Of a DNA stretch of 64,000 nucleotides, positions 42,220 through 51,873 are shown one piece after another (positions within the stretch are counted from its first letter, which is position 1; each line of letters begins with the position of its first letter). Source of the DNA: a virus (Duplodnaviria > Heunggongvirae > Uroviricota > Caudoviricetes); IMG/VR virus record IMGVR_UViG_3300034091_000309, one strand, 5' to 3'. The position numbers and the translations under genes were made by a program. The notes beneath the pieces were generated by a model that saw only the letters and a program-made list of their open reading frames with translations, had not been told where the DNA came from and ran no database searches.

Positions 42220-42304
42220 AGATCTCCTTTCGTGAGATGCTGCGCTGTTGCGCCGCGCGGATCGCTTGCGGGGCGATCCGCCCGGCTGTTATCCGAGAGC
42301 AGGA

Positions 42305-44020
42305 CTATGGACAGTCAGCGACGCCTGTCGGCACCTGAAAGGCAAAGGTATGGTAGAGGGTGTCCTCGTAGATGTTGACGTATTCGTCGCACGCGGGAGT
42401 CGTTGTGCTGAGATTGACGGACATGGTGTTCCCCTGGCCGGTGGAATGCCCCGTACTCTCGCTGTCCGTCCAGGTCCATGTCTGTGAAGACGACGCACCA
42501 AAAAGTTTGAACCAGTTGCTGCTCATCGTGATGCCCGTGCTGTAGGACTGGGATGCGGTGGTGGTCAGCGCCGAGGTTGTCGAGTCCGACTGCGTAAAAG
42601 AGTTGTTTGCCGACCCGTTGAGCGGCACGGGCTGGGGCGTGACGCTTCCCATTTGGACGGGAACGGCCACATAGCGGCAATCGGAGCCGGCGGGGATGGG
42701 ATTCTGCCCACAAATTGTAAGCCCGGATGCGTCCAGATCTATCGGGTCCACAGTGCCAGCGAGGGGATTTGCCTGATAAGTGGCGGGGTTGTATTGCAGA
42801 AAGGGGTCCATGGCCAGAATGGCCGAAAAATCGCTGGGGACGCATCCGCATTGATTTTGCTGGTTGCAGATTTGGGGTGGGTTATTCGGGTTCGCCAGAT
42901 CGGCGGCGAGCTGCTGCGCGTAAAGCGAACTGCTTCCCTGCGTCAGGGTGGCCGCGCAGATGGCGCCCAAGCCGGGCATGTAAGCATTCACGTCGCTCTC
43001 GGTTCCATAGGGCTGCGGCTCCAGCGTCGAAGAAAGGACGGTGGTGACGTAGTGGTAGCCGGTGATGGGGACATACTCAGCCGAGTACCCCGTCCAGTCT
43101 CTCACTACATGACCCTCCATGTCGGCTGCCGGGACCGGGGGGAGGATGTCGGCCATGGGGGTTAAGATGCCGGCCGTGGCTGCGGAATGCACGGTGTAGG
43201 TGATGGGCGTGGTGCCGGCCGACAGAATCGAAACATAGGGATTGAGCCAGAGGACGAATCCGTCGAGGTTGTGATTGATGGCGTTGGTGCCGGTGGGGTT
43301 GTACAGAGTGTTGTAGTTGTCGTTGGTCGAGAGGCCGACGGCGTCAGAAAAGGAGGTGGTGAAGGCGCTGCTGTTTCCCAATGAGGTTGAGTACCCGGTA
43401 CTTGAACCAGAGCCCCAAGTCATGTTCTCGTACTCTGCTCCAACAGAGTAGCCCATATTGGTCGCAAAAGTGAAATTGTTTCCGATGCTGGTCGTGGAGG
43501 CCTCTGTGGTGGTGTCGGCGTAGCCCTGGCTACTATGGTTGCCGGGCGGCGAGTAAAGGATGGACTCGATCTTGTATGCCGGGTAGACCTGGCTGGTGGT
43601 GAGGGTGGGGCAGGAGAGATAGCCGCTTCCGCTGGAGAAGGTGTAGGTGCAGTTGCCGGCGGGGATGGTGGTGCCGTTGGTGTTGGGAAGGGTGAAGGTA
43701 AGAGAAGAGGGTTCGGTGAAGTTCGGGCAGCTCGTATTGTTGGTGCCTTGATCGATCTGTTGCGAGCCGTTGAGCAGATAGACGGTGCCCCCGATCTTGA
43801 ATCCGAATGCGGTGTAGTAGTTCTCCGAGTAGGTCGCGCCGGGGCCGCAGGAGTTACCGGTGGAGATGTAGTCGGTCCACGACAGTGTTCCGCCCGCGAC
43901 GTTGACAGAACCGCCAGTGGGTGTGCCTGATTGCGCCCGCGCCGCGGTGAGGCCGGAAGTGAGCAGGAGGAGTGTGAGCAGAGTTGAAAGTCTGCGTAGA
44001 GTGCTTGCAATGGGAATCAT
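42305..44020 (-). CDS. secreted Ser/Thr/Gly/Asn-rich protein (571 aa), hypothetical
   Basis: RBS aaggag precedes the ATG; signal peptide MIPIASTLRRLSTLLTLLLLTSGLTAARAQ. Confidence 0.55.
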   Translation of the reverse strand: MIPIASTLRRLSTLLTLLLLTSGLTAARAQSGTPTGGSVNVAGGTLSWTDYISTGNSCGPGATYSENYYTAFGFKIGGTVYLLNGSQQIDQGTNNTSCPNFTEPSSLTFTLPNTNGTTIPAGNCTYTFSSGSGYLSCPTLTTSQVYPAYKIESILYSPPGNHSSQGYADTTTEASTTSIGNNFTFATNMGYSVGAEYENMTWGSGSSTGYSTSLGNSSAFTTSFSDAVGLSTNDNYNTLYNPTGTNAINHNLDGFVLWLNPYVSILSAGTTPITYTVHSAATAGILTPMADILPPVPAADMEGHVVRDWTGYSAEYVPITGYHYVTTVLSSTLEPQPYGTESDVNAYMPGLGAICAATLTQGSSSLYAQQLAADLANPNNPPQICNQQNQCGCVPSDFSAILAMDPFLQYNPATYQANPLAGTVDPIDLDASGLTICGQNPIPAGSDCRYVAVPVQMGSVTPQPVPLNGSANNSFTQSDSTTSALTTTASQSYSTGITMSSNWFKLFGASSSQTWTWTDSESTGHSTGQGNTMSVNLSTTTPACDEYVNIYEDTLYHTFAFQVPTGVADCP

Positions 44021-44439
44021 CGAAATCTCCTTATGTGTGTTTGCTGGGGGAGGAAGGTCCATCCCCGACAGAATTGTATGACAAAAATTGCGCCCGTGGG
44101 GGAAAACGGAATCATTTTGTGTTACCAAAGTTCAAGACCGGAAGAGGGACTTTCGTAACCTTGTGTTAGGGTCTGCTAACACTACCTGGACGGCGGCGAC
44201 GGGAGCCAGTTTTTCTCAGTTCGAGGAATGAGGAGCGACGGATGCCGGGTGTATCCTAGCGACGATTGACGAAGAAATGGGGGAAATTGGCCCCGTCCCT
44301 TCGGGTTGCGGCGAAAATCCGGCCATACTTCATTCTCGCCCTCGACGGTGGACCCGCCACAGCCTTCGGGCTCGGCTTCGTCTGGCCGGATTTTCTCACG
44401 CAACGCCATCCGCTCAGGTAGTGTTAACAGGCCCTGGGT

Positions 44440-44895
44440 TCATGGCGCAGTTTGCGGGGGCTTTTTTTTGCCGAAGAAGCGGGCGATGGTGGGCTTGGAG
44501 ACACCGCAAGCCTCCGCGATCTGGGCATAGGAGGCCGGCCTCGGCCTCGCGCGCATCGCCCTGGCCTTCTTCCTGTCAAACTTCACCGGGGGCCGGCCGG
44601 GACCCAAGTGTCCGGCCGGGCCTGGCTTTTTCGTCAGCCGCTGCCGTTCCAGGCCCGCACGGGTGGCCTCCGAGATCTTTGCCCGTTGCCGCCGGGAGAG
44701 TTCTTCGGCCTCTTCCGCTTGCCAGCCGAGTACCTCCAGCTCACCGATGCGGCGCATGGCCACTGCGCGTTTGAGCAGCCCCTCTTGGGCGGCGCGGGCC
44801 AGGGCGCGCTGAAAGAGTTTCTGCTCCTGCAGGCTGAGCGTGATGGTAATTTTAGGATAGGGTGTCATTCCAGGGTTCAGGGGGAGTGTATCCAT
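44440..44895 (-). CDS. transcriptional regulator (N-terminal RHH-like plus C-terminal HTH)
   Basis: Contains LQEQKLFQRALARAAQEGLLKRAVAMRRI and the C-terminal HTH SYAQIAEACGVSKPTIARFF. Confidence 0.5.
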   Translation of the reverse strand: MDTLPLNPGMTPYPKITITLSLQEQKLFQRALARAAQEGLLKRAVAMRRIGELEVLGWQAEEAEELSRRQRAKISEATRAGLERQRLTKKPGPAGHLGPGRPPVKFDRKKARAMRARPRPASYAQIAEACGVSKPTIARFFGKKKPPQTAP

Positions 44896-45007
44896 CCAAC
44901 GCTCAAGACCGTTGAATAATTCCACGGTGGAAATGTGGAGCACTTTACCGGCGTAACCTATGCTGGCGCGGGAGGGTAACCCAGCATCCGGTACTCGCAG
45001 TCCTTTC

Positions 45008-45043
45008 ACCCCAACGGCATGGACCCGTCGTTGGGGACCCCGA
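45008..45043 (+). repeat. RPE-like palindromic element copy
   Basis: The sequence reads caccccaacggcatggacccgtcgttggggaccccg. Confidence 0.75.
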
Positions 45044-45102
45044 TCAAGGCTCACGCTTTCCGCTATGAGAGCGTTCCCTGCCACTTCACTGCCCTCCTTT
45101 AC

Positions 45103-45140
45103 CACCCCCGCGAACAAAGATCGTTCGCCGGGGACCCCGG
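45103..45140 (+). repeat. RPE-like palindromic element copy
   Basis: The sequence reads ccacccccgcgaacaaagatcgttcgccggggaccccgg. Confidence 0.7.
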
Positions 45141-45654
45141 CTCCTTTCTGGAACAGTGTACCATATTATTTGGCGCGATGTGTCAAATAATATGGCGCGA
45201 TGTGTCAAATGATTTGGCAAGCTGGGAGTCAGTGGTTTAGATTGTCTTTGTGATCGTTGACGGGGAAAATGGAAAAATCTGCATCTGCGACGTGTGCGGC
45301 CAGAATGACCCGCACGGCCGGTGGATTTACCAGCCGGGCGACGAAGAGCGGAAACGGTGCAGAAACCGGAAGTGCCGGCGCGTCGGCTGGAACTCGGGCG
45401 GCCAGGACCGGCGCACTTGGCCGCGGGTGGACCCGGCCTCACTCACGAAAAACGGCAAACAGTGAAGAGTGGGAGTGAATCGTGTGAGCGCGAGTGGCCA
45501 GTGCGCCACCCTCACACTCACGCTGCCCTCTGTTCACTGTCCTCCTGGAAAAATTGCACATCTTGCAACCCATGTGCCGGGGCGGGCGCAATTTTTCCCC
45601 CACATCGGTTCTAAATGGGTTAATGTGTTATGAGCGCAATTTTGGAGGCTTGGG

Positions 45655-46059
45655 GTGGAAAAGAAGCAACGCCGGTCGCGGAAGGGCGCCCAGAGGCGGA
45701 GCCGGATGCTGGCGCTGCGCTGTACCCCCGAGCAGTTCGAGATGCTGAGACGTGCGGCAAGATCGCAGGGGCGGTCGATGTCGGCGTGGGTGCGGGAGGC
45801 GATTGCCGCAATGTGTCATCTCATGGACCTTCATCCCAACGGCATGAACCCGCCGTTGCCACCCCGAGAAGCAAAGACCGCTTCTCAGGGGGGGGATAAG
45901 TCTTCGTCCGTGGGGTGGAATGAAGCAGGTGAAATCGTGCGCTGTGAGTTCTGCTACTTGGTTCAGTACAGAACCATCAACTCCCTTTGCAGAAGATGCG
46001 GTAAGCCTCTGTCTGTGGAGAAGGGTGGAAAGAAAACCGGTAAGGAGAGAAGGGGATGA
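45655..46059 (+). CDS. ribbon-helix-helix (CopG-like) protein with C-terminal zinc ribbon and an in-frame RPE segment
   Basis: GTG start after RBS ggaggcttgggg; RMLALRCTPEQFEMLRRAARSQGRSMSAWVREAI; the in-frame RPE copy lies at 45832-45868. Confidence 0.45.
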   Translation: MEKKQRRSRKGAQRRSRMLALRCTPEQFEMLRRAARSQGRSMSAWVREAIAAMCHLMDLHPNGMNPPLPPREAKTASQGGDKSSSVGWNEAGEIVRCEFCYLVQYRTINSLCRRCGKPLSVEKGGKKTGKERRG

Positions 46060-46352
46060 AGGATCAGGTGCAACTGCTGCTGGACCTGCGCGGGATGAGG
46101 AGAGAGGCCGGGATGCCGCTGGCGGAGGTGGTGAAACTGTCGGGCGTCTGCAAGTCGAATTACGAGCGGCTGCAGAACGGCGCCACGCCCAGCCTGGACA
46201 ATGCGCTGAAGTTGGCCCGCTTTCTGCGGATGCCGGTGGAGGAGATCTGGAAGTTGAAGGAGAGAGAACAACCATCCCACGGACGCGGAGCTGCGGGACA
46301 CACACGAAGTGGGTCGGGGGCTCCCGCTCAGAGATCAGGCGGAAAGAGGTAA
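46056..46352 (+). CDS. XRE-family HTH transcriptional regulator
   Basis: Contains LAEVVKLSGVCKSNYERLQNGATPSLDNALKLARFLRMPVEEIW. Confidence 0.55.
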   Translation: MKDQVQLLLDLRGMRREAGMPLAEVVKLSGVCKSNYERLQNGATPSLDNALKLARFLRMPVEEIWKLKEREQPSHGRGAAGHTRSGSGAPAQRSGGKR

Positions 46353-46354
46353 GA

Positions 46355-46711
46355 ATGGAAGCTCAAGTGAAGCTGCTGCTGGATCTGCGCGGACTGAGAA
46401 AAGAGGCCGGGGTCAAGCTGGAAAAAGTCTTGCAACAGTGCGGGCTGGAACGCTCGGTTTACGCGCGGTGTGAAAAGGGCGCCGAGCCCAAGTTGGGGAC
46501 GGCGCTCAAGGTGGCGCGCTTGCTGCAGATGCCGGTGGAAGAGATCTGGAGCCTCGCGGATGAACCACCCCAACGACGTGGACCTATCGTTCCCACCCCA
46601 AGAATCGAAGACCAATTCTTGGGGGCCCCGGTTGTTGGGGACCCCGGCGATGAAGGAACGGAAACGGGAGCGGAGAGCGAAAAGGAAAATGACCAATCCG
46701 CATCATTGTGA
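46355..46711 (+). CDS. XRE-family HTH regulator (tandem paralog) with an RPE-derived C-terminal tail
   Basis: Contains LEKVLQQCGLERSVYARCEKGAEPKLGTALKVARLLQMPVEEIW; the tail PPQRRGPIVPTPRIEDQFLGAPVVGDPG is encoded by the composite RPE at 46565-46647. Confidence 0.5.
   Translation: MEAQVKLLLDLRGLRKEAGVKLEKVLQQCGLERSVYARCEKGAEPKLGTALKVARLLQMPVEEIWSLADEPPQRRGPIVPTPRIEDQFLGAPVVGDPGDEGTETGAESEKENDQSASL
46565..46647 (+). repeat. composite RPE-like element including the variant hairpin CCCCAAGAATCGAAGACCAATTCTTGGGGG
   Basis: The same variant hairpin also occurs at 36876-36915. Confidence 0.65.
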
Positions 46712-46886
46712 GGAATGTGGGAGTGACGGGTCGCTGTACCTGCACTCGCGCTGCCACACCACCGTGCCGACCTGGGCGGTGCTGAGCGGCGACATACTGA
46801 CCATCGAGTGCGCACTGTGCAAGAAGGTGATTGTGCGCTTCCGGGTGGTAGCCGAAGAAAAGGATGAGGAAGCCGCGCATGTCTGA
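46650..46886 (+). CDS. small zinc-finger protein (78 aa)
   Basis: Contains HHCEECGSDGSLYLHSRCH...CALCKK. Confidence 0.4.
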   Translation: MKERKRERRAKRKMTNPHHCEECGSDGSLYLHSRCHTTVPTWAVLSGDILTIECALCKKVIVRFRVVAEEKDEEAAHV

Positions 46887-47673
46887 GAACGTATTTACTC
46901 CCTATGAGGTGCTCTCGCTGAATGAGTACCAGAACTCCAGCGTGATGCACCCGTTTACCTGCGGTGGCGGCCACCGGACCGAGCATCCCGACGGGGAGGG
47001 CCTTCTGGTGGCGACGACGCAGGGATGGATCTGTCCTTATTGCGAATATCGCCAGGACTGGGCGCACGATTGGATGAAGAACGGCGATTGGCGGAAGCTC
47101 AGCATCCAGAGGCGCGTGAACGCTCAACAGGGAACCGTTACACGGTTGAAGACGGAACTCAAAGAGGAGGAAGATCTGCGTGAGCGGATGAGGAAGATCC
47201 TTGATGAGACGGCCAATGCGCTGCACGGCGGTCCCATGAAGAACGGCCTGTGGTCCTGGCACGATCTGCCGGCGCTGGCGGAAGAAGCGATGGCCCACCT
47301 GCGCAAGTACCGCGAGAGCCCCATGAACCACAGTTGCTGCACAACGTATGACCCGACCTTGGGCAGAGAGATCGACAGCCGCTGCGGCACCTGCAAAGCG
47401 GTTGACTTCATCCTCAACCGGCCTCGGGTGCAAGCGCGCAAGGTGAGCCAGGAGGAGTACGATTGGCGACTGATTACTCCGGATGACCTGCCCGGCTTCG
47501 ATGATCTGCTCCTGCAGGATATGTTGCCGCCGGAGGGCGCCTGGTCGGTTACCAACAAGCACTACAATCGTCCGGTCTCTTACGAGGAGTGGATGAAATC
47601 AGGCTTCCTCTGGTTCGCCAAGATGCGGCGGCCCAAAGTCTTTCCCGAGGGATATGGCCAGGAGCAGTCATGA
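46879..47673 (+). CDS. hypothetical protein (264 aa)
   Basis: Its start overlaps the upstream stop. Confidence 0.5.
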   Translation: MSENVFTPYEVLSLNEYQNSSVMHPFTCGGGHRTEHPDGEGLLVATTQGWICPYCEYRQDWAHDWMKNGDWRKLSIQRRVNAQQGTVTRLKTELKEEEDLRERMRKILDETANALHGGPMKNGLWSWHDLPALAEEAMAHLRKYRESPMNHSCCTTYDPTLGREIDSRCGTCKAVDFILNRPRVQARKVSQEEYDWRLITPDDLPGFDDLLLQDMLPPEGAWSVTNKHYNRPVSYEEWMKSGFLWFAKMRRPKVFPEGYGQEQS

Positions 47674-48029
47674 AAGTGATCTTGGGCGGTAGCCGGAGTA
47701 TTAACGACATCGAAGCGCTCTACGCGGCCATCCGCGAGTCGGGCTTCGAGATCACCGAAGTCGTCTGTGGCGAGGCTCGCGGCGTGGATTTGATGGGCCG
47801 CTGGTGGGCGCAGCAGAACAACATTCATATCGCCAGCTTTGCGGCCGACTGGGCGGCCGATTCCCGGATGGCGGGCTACATCCGCAACCAGAAGATGGCC
47901 GACTATGCCGAGGCGCTGATCGCCGTCTGGGACGGCAAGAGCGTGGGCACTGCGCACATGATCGGCGTGGCCTTTGCTGCGGGGTTGAAGATTCATGTTC
48001 ACCGGACAGACAAGAAAGACAGCCTCTAG
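47670..48029 (+). CDS. DUF2493/SLOG-like (DprA-like Rossmann) protein
   Basis: Contains ILGGSRSI...VVCGEARGVDLMGRWWAQQ...ALIAVWDGKSVGTAHMIGVAFAAGLKIHV. Confidence 0.5.
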   Translation: MKVILGGSRSINDIEALYAAIRESGFEITEVVCGEARGVDLMGRWWAQQNNIHIASFAADWAADSRMAGYIRNQKMADYAEALIAVWDGKSVGTAHMIGVAFAAGLKIHVHRTDKKDSL

Positions 48030-48030
48030 T

Positions 48031-48080
48031 TTCTAGCTGATAGCTAAAGGCGAAAAGCTGACCACTGTTTACTGATCACT
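48031..48080. repeat. stop-codon-dense spacer (tagtttctagctgatagctaaaggcgaaaagctgaccactgtttactgatcactgactg)
   Basis: Same word family as the spacers at 22421, 31465, 34431, 40391, 60911 and 61301. Confidence 0.45.
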
Positions 48081-48103
48081 GACTGCTGGCGCCGGAAGAT
48101 GCG

Positions 48104-48931
48104 ATGAGCGAAGAATTGTTTCCAACAGAACCGGAAGCGCGGCAGCGGATTGTGAGTTGCCGGCCAATCAGCTTTACCTCGGAGAGCATCCACGGGATTG
48201 AGAAGGGGCTGAAGAGCCAGACGCGGCGGGTGATCTATCCCCAGCCCGAAGGAGCGATTGAGCCGCATCCCGAAAAAGTTGGCCGATGGCGGAGGGTCCA
48301 GGAAGCCGATCACCCCGCCGACGAAGACCTGTCGCCGGGGACCCCGCCCGACGGCCCTTTGTGGAAATGCCCTTACGGTGTGCCGGGCGACCGGCTGTGG
48401 ACGCGGGAGATCTGGGCGCGCGTGGAGCCCTATTCCACCCCCCGGACGAAGACCTGTCCGCAGGGACCCCGGCAAAATCCGGATGTGCTGGAAAAGTACG
48501 ATCTGCCGATTGCTTGGCGGGTGGAGAAGGACCCGGCGCTGCTGGAGTTCTGGCGAAAGCGGGTGATCTACTTGGCTGACTTTCCCGGCAAAGAACCCCA
48601 GGAATGCGGGCGAGGGGCGAGCGATAACAAGTGGCGCAGCCCGGTGACGATGCCCCGGTGGGCCTCGCGGCATCTGCTGGAGGTGGTCCAAGTGCGCGCC
48701 GAACGGGTGCAGGAGATTACGGAGGAAGATGCGCGGGCGGAAGGTGTGGAGTTTAGGAAGATAAGCGGGCGGAGGATTCACTTCCGGAACTATACTCCCC
48801 GGCTCATTGAGTTCGACTGCTACACCGCCGTTGATAGTTACAGAACTTTATGGGATGCGATCAACGGCCGCAAAAATCCCTGGGCGGCGAATCCCTGGGC
48901 TTGGCCCATCACCTTCAGAAGGCTCCCATGA
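48104..48931 (+). CDS. ASCH-like domain protein with two in-frame RPE insertions
   Basis: Contains ISFTSESIHGIEKGLKSQTRRV...PYGVPGDRLWTREIWA; RPE copies lie at 48311-48346 and 48435-48472. Confidence 0.45.
   Translation: MSEELFPTEPEARQRIVSCRPISFTSESIHGIEKGLKSQTRRVIYPQPEGAIEPHPEKVGRWRRVQEADHPADEDLSPGTPPDGPLWKCPYGVPGDRLWTREIWARVEPYSTPRTKTCPQGPRQNPDVLEKYDLPIAWRVEKDPALLEFWRKRVIYLADFPGKEPQECGRGASDNKWRSPVTMPRWASRHLLEVVQVRAERVQEITEEDARAEGVEFRKISGRRIHFRNYTPRLIEFDCYTAVDSYRTLWDAINGRKNPWAANPWAWPITFRRLP
48311..48346 (+). repeat. RPE-like element copy in-frame (encodes HPADEDLSPGTP)
   Basis: The sequence reads caccccgccgacgaagacctgtcgccggggaccccg. Confidence 0.75.
48435..48472 (+). repeat. RPE-like element copy in-frame
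   Basis: The sequence reads ccaccccccggacgaagacctgtccgcagggaccccgg. Confidence 0.7.
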
Positions 48932-49116
48932 GCGAACGAAAACTACCGGAAGGTAAAACCAATTTCACAATTCTCTTGGATAGGGAGACCCTTGAGTGGC
49001 TTCACAAGAAAGCCGAGGAAGATGATCGCTCGACTGGAAGATACGTTGGGCGTCTGCTGAGAGAGATGCGTCGGAAAGATGAGAGCGAGTGGAAGGGTGA
49101 GCGGCATGACGGATGA
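48928..49116 (+). CDS. small ribbon-helix-helix-like protein (62 aa)
   Basis: Contains TNFTILLDRETLEWLHKKAEEDDRSTGRYVGRLL. Confidence 0.4.
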   Translation: MSERKLPEGKTNFTILLDRETLEWLHKKAEEDDRSTGRYVGRLLREMRRKDESEWKGERHDG

Positions 49117-49336
49117 CGCTCCCATGAGCGAGAATGTTACCATCACTCCCGTGAACGGAAATTGGTTGTGTGATGGCATCCAATTGCGCCCGCGCAAGTT
49201 CGTGCCGCGCTGGTTTGGAGATTTGCTTCTCTGGATATTCTTTCATCGCCTGGATACCAGCACACAGGTTATCTTGAGCGGATTCACGGAGGTTCGCGCA
49301 GCGTTGGCGGAGGCGAAGAAGTTGGGGGTGGAGTGA
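49106..49336 (+). CDS. small hypothetical protein (76 aa)
   Basis: Its start overlaps the upstream stop. Confidence 0.4.
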   Translation: MTDDAPMSENVTITPVNGNWLCDGIQLRPRKFVPRWFGDLLLWIFFHRLDTSTQVILSGFTEVRAALAEAKKLGVE

Positions 49337-49599
49337 TGGCCCTGATAGGTTCTGACTTCGTTTCTGTTGTGCAGAAGCGCAAAACTCGCTGCTCTGAGTG
49401 TCACGCGGATATTCCTGTGGGCGCCATTGCTCTCGAATCCATCAAAGACGGCAAGTGTAAAAAGCGCGTGTGTTCTGAGAAGTGCCGCCTAGACTTTGAT
49501 GATGCGTTCTGGCAGGGCGTGGCGTTCAAGGATAAGAGGCAGTGTTGCGTAAGTGCAAACGAGCAGTTAGGAGCTGTTCCGGAGAGGAAGCCGCGATGA
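49333..49599 (+). CDS. small zinc-finger protein (88 aa)
   Basis: ATGA overlap with the upstream gene; contains CSECHAD...CKKRVCSEKC. Confidence 0.4.
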   Translation: MMALIGSDFVSVVQKRKTRCSECHADIPVGAIALESIKDGKCKKRVCSEKCRLDFDDAFWQGVAFKDKRQCCVSANEQLGAVPERKPR

Positions 49600-49934
49600 G
49601 GACGCTCAGGTCGTACTCCACCGAGGAGGTCATGGGCCTGCCGGCGCAACTATGGGTGGATGCCGCCGAGCACCAGATGCAGGTGCGGGAGCTGGAGCGC
49701 GAGATGACCCTGATGTTTCCCGAGGGCGAGATGCTGAGGGCGGTGGAGGCCCGCAACACGGCGGAGAAGACGGTCTCGCTCTACGAGAAGGCCCTTCAGT
49801 TGATCGCCGGCGCCGCCGGGCGGCAGTTCAACGGCAATGGAGAGCCGGCCCAACTGGAGGCCCTGGCCCGGCAGGTGGCCGCAGAACTTGGTCTATTACG
49901 TGAACTCAAAGAGAAAAGGAAAAAGAAGCGATGA
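49596..49934 (+). CDS. hypothetical protein (112 aa)
   Basis: ATGA overlap with the upstream gene. Confidence 0.4.
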   Translation: MRTLRSYSTEEVMGLPAQLWVDAAEHQMQVRELEREMTLMFPEGEMLRAVEARNTAEKTVSLYEKALQLIAGAAGRQFNGNGEPAQLEALARQVAAELGLLRELKEKRKKKR

Positions 49935-49992
49935 TCGAACAAGATTGAAGAAACAACCGGCCACGGAGTTGTGGCAGACGGAGGAAGGGAGC

Positions 49993-50646
49993 ATGGACGG
50001 ATTTTTGCACAAACTGCGGACGGTGACCCTGGGCGCGGCCCACGATCTGCTGGACAAGGCGATCGACATGAATTCGCCATCAATGTTGCGGCAATACGTC
50101 CGCGATCTCGAAGACGCTATCGGCAAGATGAACACCGAAGCGGCCATCCAGAGCGGCCAAGTGCGCACCTTGAAGCGGGAACAAGGGGATCTGGAAGCGA
50201 AGATCGCCGCAGATACCGAGGCGGTGAAGAAGATACTCGACTCCAACCCGCAATTGGCGCGCAGCAAGGGCGCCCTGATCGTCCAGAACCGGCAGCACTT
50301 GGCGCAGATGGCGACTGACATCGCTAACCAGCAGAAGGTGGCCGATGATCTGACCCTGGCGGTCTCCAATCTACAGGCCAGACACGATCTGATGGTCTCG
50401 CGGGTGCGGGAGCTGGAACGGATCGACCGGGACAGCAAGGCCAAGGAATCGGCGACCGAGGCGCTGAACGCAGCCGGGTCTCTGACCGGCAGCGTGGACG
50501 CGCAGTCCGTTGACGACCTGGAAGAGCGGATGCGGCGGCGCAACGATGTGGCCAGCGCCAAATTTGAGCAGTCGATGGCGGCGGTACCCGAGGATAACAC
50601 AAACAGCGAGGCGGTGGATGCGCTGCTGGCCTCTTTGAAAGGATGA
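49993..50646 (+). CDS. pspA: PspA/IM30 (phage shock protein A / Vipp1) family protein
   Basis: RBS ggaggaaggg precedes the ATG; the coiled-coil architecture and the N-terminal MDGFLHKLRTVTLGAAHDLLDKAIDMNSPSMLRQYVRDLEDAIGKM are typical of PspA. Confidence 0.6.
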   Translation: MDGFLHKLRTVTLGAAHDLLDKAIDMNSPSMLRQYVRDLEDAIGKMNTEAAIQSGQVRTLKREQGDLEAKIAADTEAVKKILDSNPQLARSKGALIVQNRQHLAQMATDIANQQKVADDLTLAVSNLQARHDLMVSRVRELERIDRDSKAKESATEALNAAGSLTGSVDAQSVDDLEERMRRRNDVASAKFEQSMAAVPEDNTNSEAVDALLASLKG

Positions 50647-51866
50647 CGATGAGAAAGATTTTTCTGAGATTACTGCCTGCTGTTCTTGCGCTGGCCTTGC
50701 TGACGGCCATCTGCGCACACGCCCAAGCGTTCAGCCGCTCCTGCGATTCCGCCTTGTTCGCCAACCCGAGTGCAGCCTTGACCAGCGAACAGGGAGCGCG
50801 AGTGTTGGGCGCCGAAAACCAACTCAGCGCCAAAGGCGCCGATCCCCGCGTGATCCTGGACGACACGGCTTGGCTGACGCCGGAGCAATACGTTGCCGTC
50901 CTAGAGAAGGCTTGTCCGTCGTGGCAGTCGGCCGATGGCGGCGTGAAAAACAACCTGATCGTTTTCCTGGTCTTTCCCAAGCGCCGCAAGGTGGGGCTCT
51001 TCGTGGGCAACGAGTTCGGCAAGGCCATTAACGCCTCCGTGGTGCGCAGCCAGTTCATGGCACCGGCCTTCCGCGACGGGGATTACGCGCGCGGATTCAT
51101 CGCAGGGATCAATGAGGTGGGAGTGGAGATCGAAGCCTTTCAGACGGCCGCGCTTCATCCCACGACAACAGTGGTAAACCGGCAGGCAACCGACTTCTCC
51201 GGCTTGTGGAAGTGGTTGGATGGGCTGCTGATTCTTGCCTTTCTGATTGGGGCTTGGGGTTTGGCCGTTTACTACCGCAACCGGCGCAGGGAGGCTAGGG
51301 ACGCGCAACAGCGGGCGGTTCAGGCACGCAACGAGGCAGCAGAGAGGATCAATGTCCATCCCGACGGGCCAGGGGCGGAAGAGTTTGCGCACTTTTCTGC
51401 GAGCGAAACATATAATCCCGATACCAACGGGCTTTCTGTGGCGCAGTACAATGCGATCGCGGAAAAGTACAATGATCTTGCTAGGAGTAGCCCGGCGGGA
51501 AACGAGCCAGCCGCAAAGAAAGGGCATAGATCGCCAGCCATGGCTTCGATGCGGGAAACGGCTGCATCTTCTCCTGCGCCGTCCCGGACCGGCGTAGCCC
51601 CTTCGTCGCCAATCTCGACAACGGTCATTGAGCATCATACCACGGTGATCGACCGGGACTATGTTCCCGTGCCCGTGATTCTTGATGAACCCTATCGCGC
51701 GTCCGCGAGGGAGCCGGAACCAAGTGATAGTGAGCCATCAAGCGGATGGAGCGACAGCTCATCTTCGAGCGACTTTGGCGGTGGAGGAGGTTTCAGCGAC
51801 AGCTCGTCTTCAAGCGACTTTGGCGGTGGTGGCGGAGATTTTGGCGGTGGCAGCAGCGATTTCTAA
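50643..51866 (+). CDS. TPM-domain (YgcG-like) membrane protein with a Gly/Ser-rich C-terminal tail
   Basis: Signal peptide, TPM-like domain, transmembrane helix LLILAFLIGAWGLAVYY, then tail SSSSDFGGGGG; ATGA overlap with pspA. Confidence 0.55.
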   Translation: MTMRKIFLRLLPAVLALALLTAICAHAQAFSRSCDSALFANPSAALTSEQGARVLGAENQLSAKGADPRVILDDTAWLTPEQYVAVLEKACPSWQSADGGVKNNLIVFLVFPKRRKVGLFVGNEFGKAINASVVRSQFMAPAFRDGDYARGFIAGINEVGVEIEAFQTAALHPTTTVVNRQATDFSGLWKWLDGLLILAFLIGAWGLAVYYRNRRREARDAQQRAVQARNEAAERINVHPDGPGAEEFAHFSASETYNPDTNGLSVAQYNAIAEKYNDLARSSPAGNEPAAKKGHRSPAMASMRETAASSPAPSRTGVAPSSPISTTVIEHHTTVIDRDYVPVPVILDEPYRASAREPEPSDSEPSSGWSDSSSSSDFGGGGGFSDSSSSSDFGGGGGDFGGGSSDF

Positions 51867-51873
51867 ACAGGCC

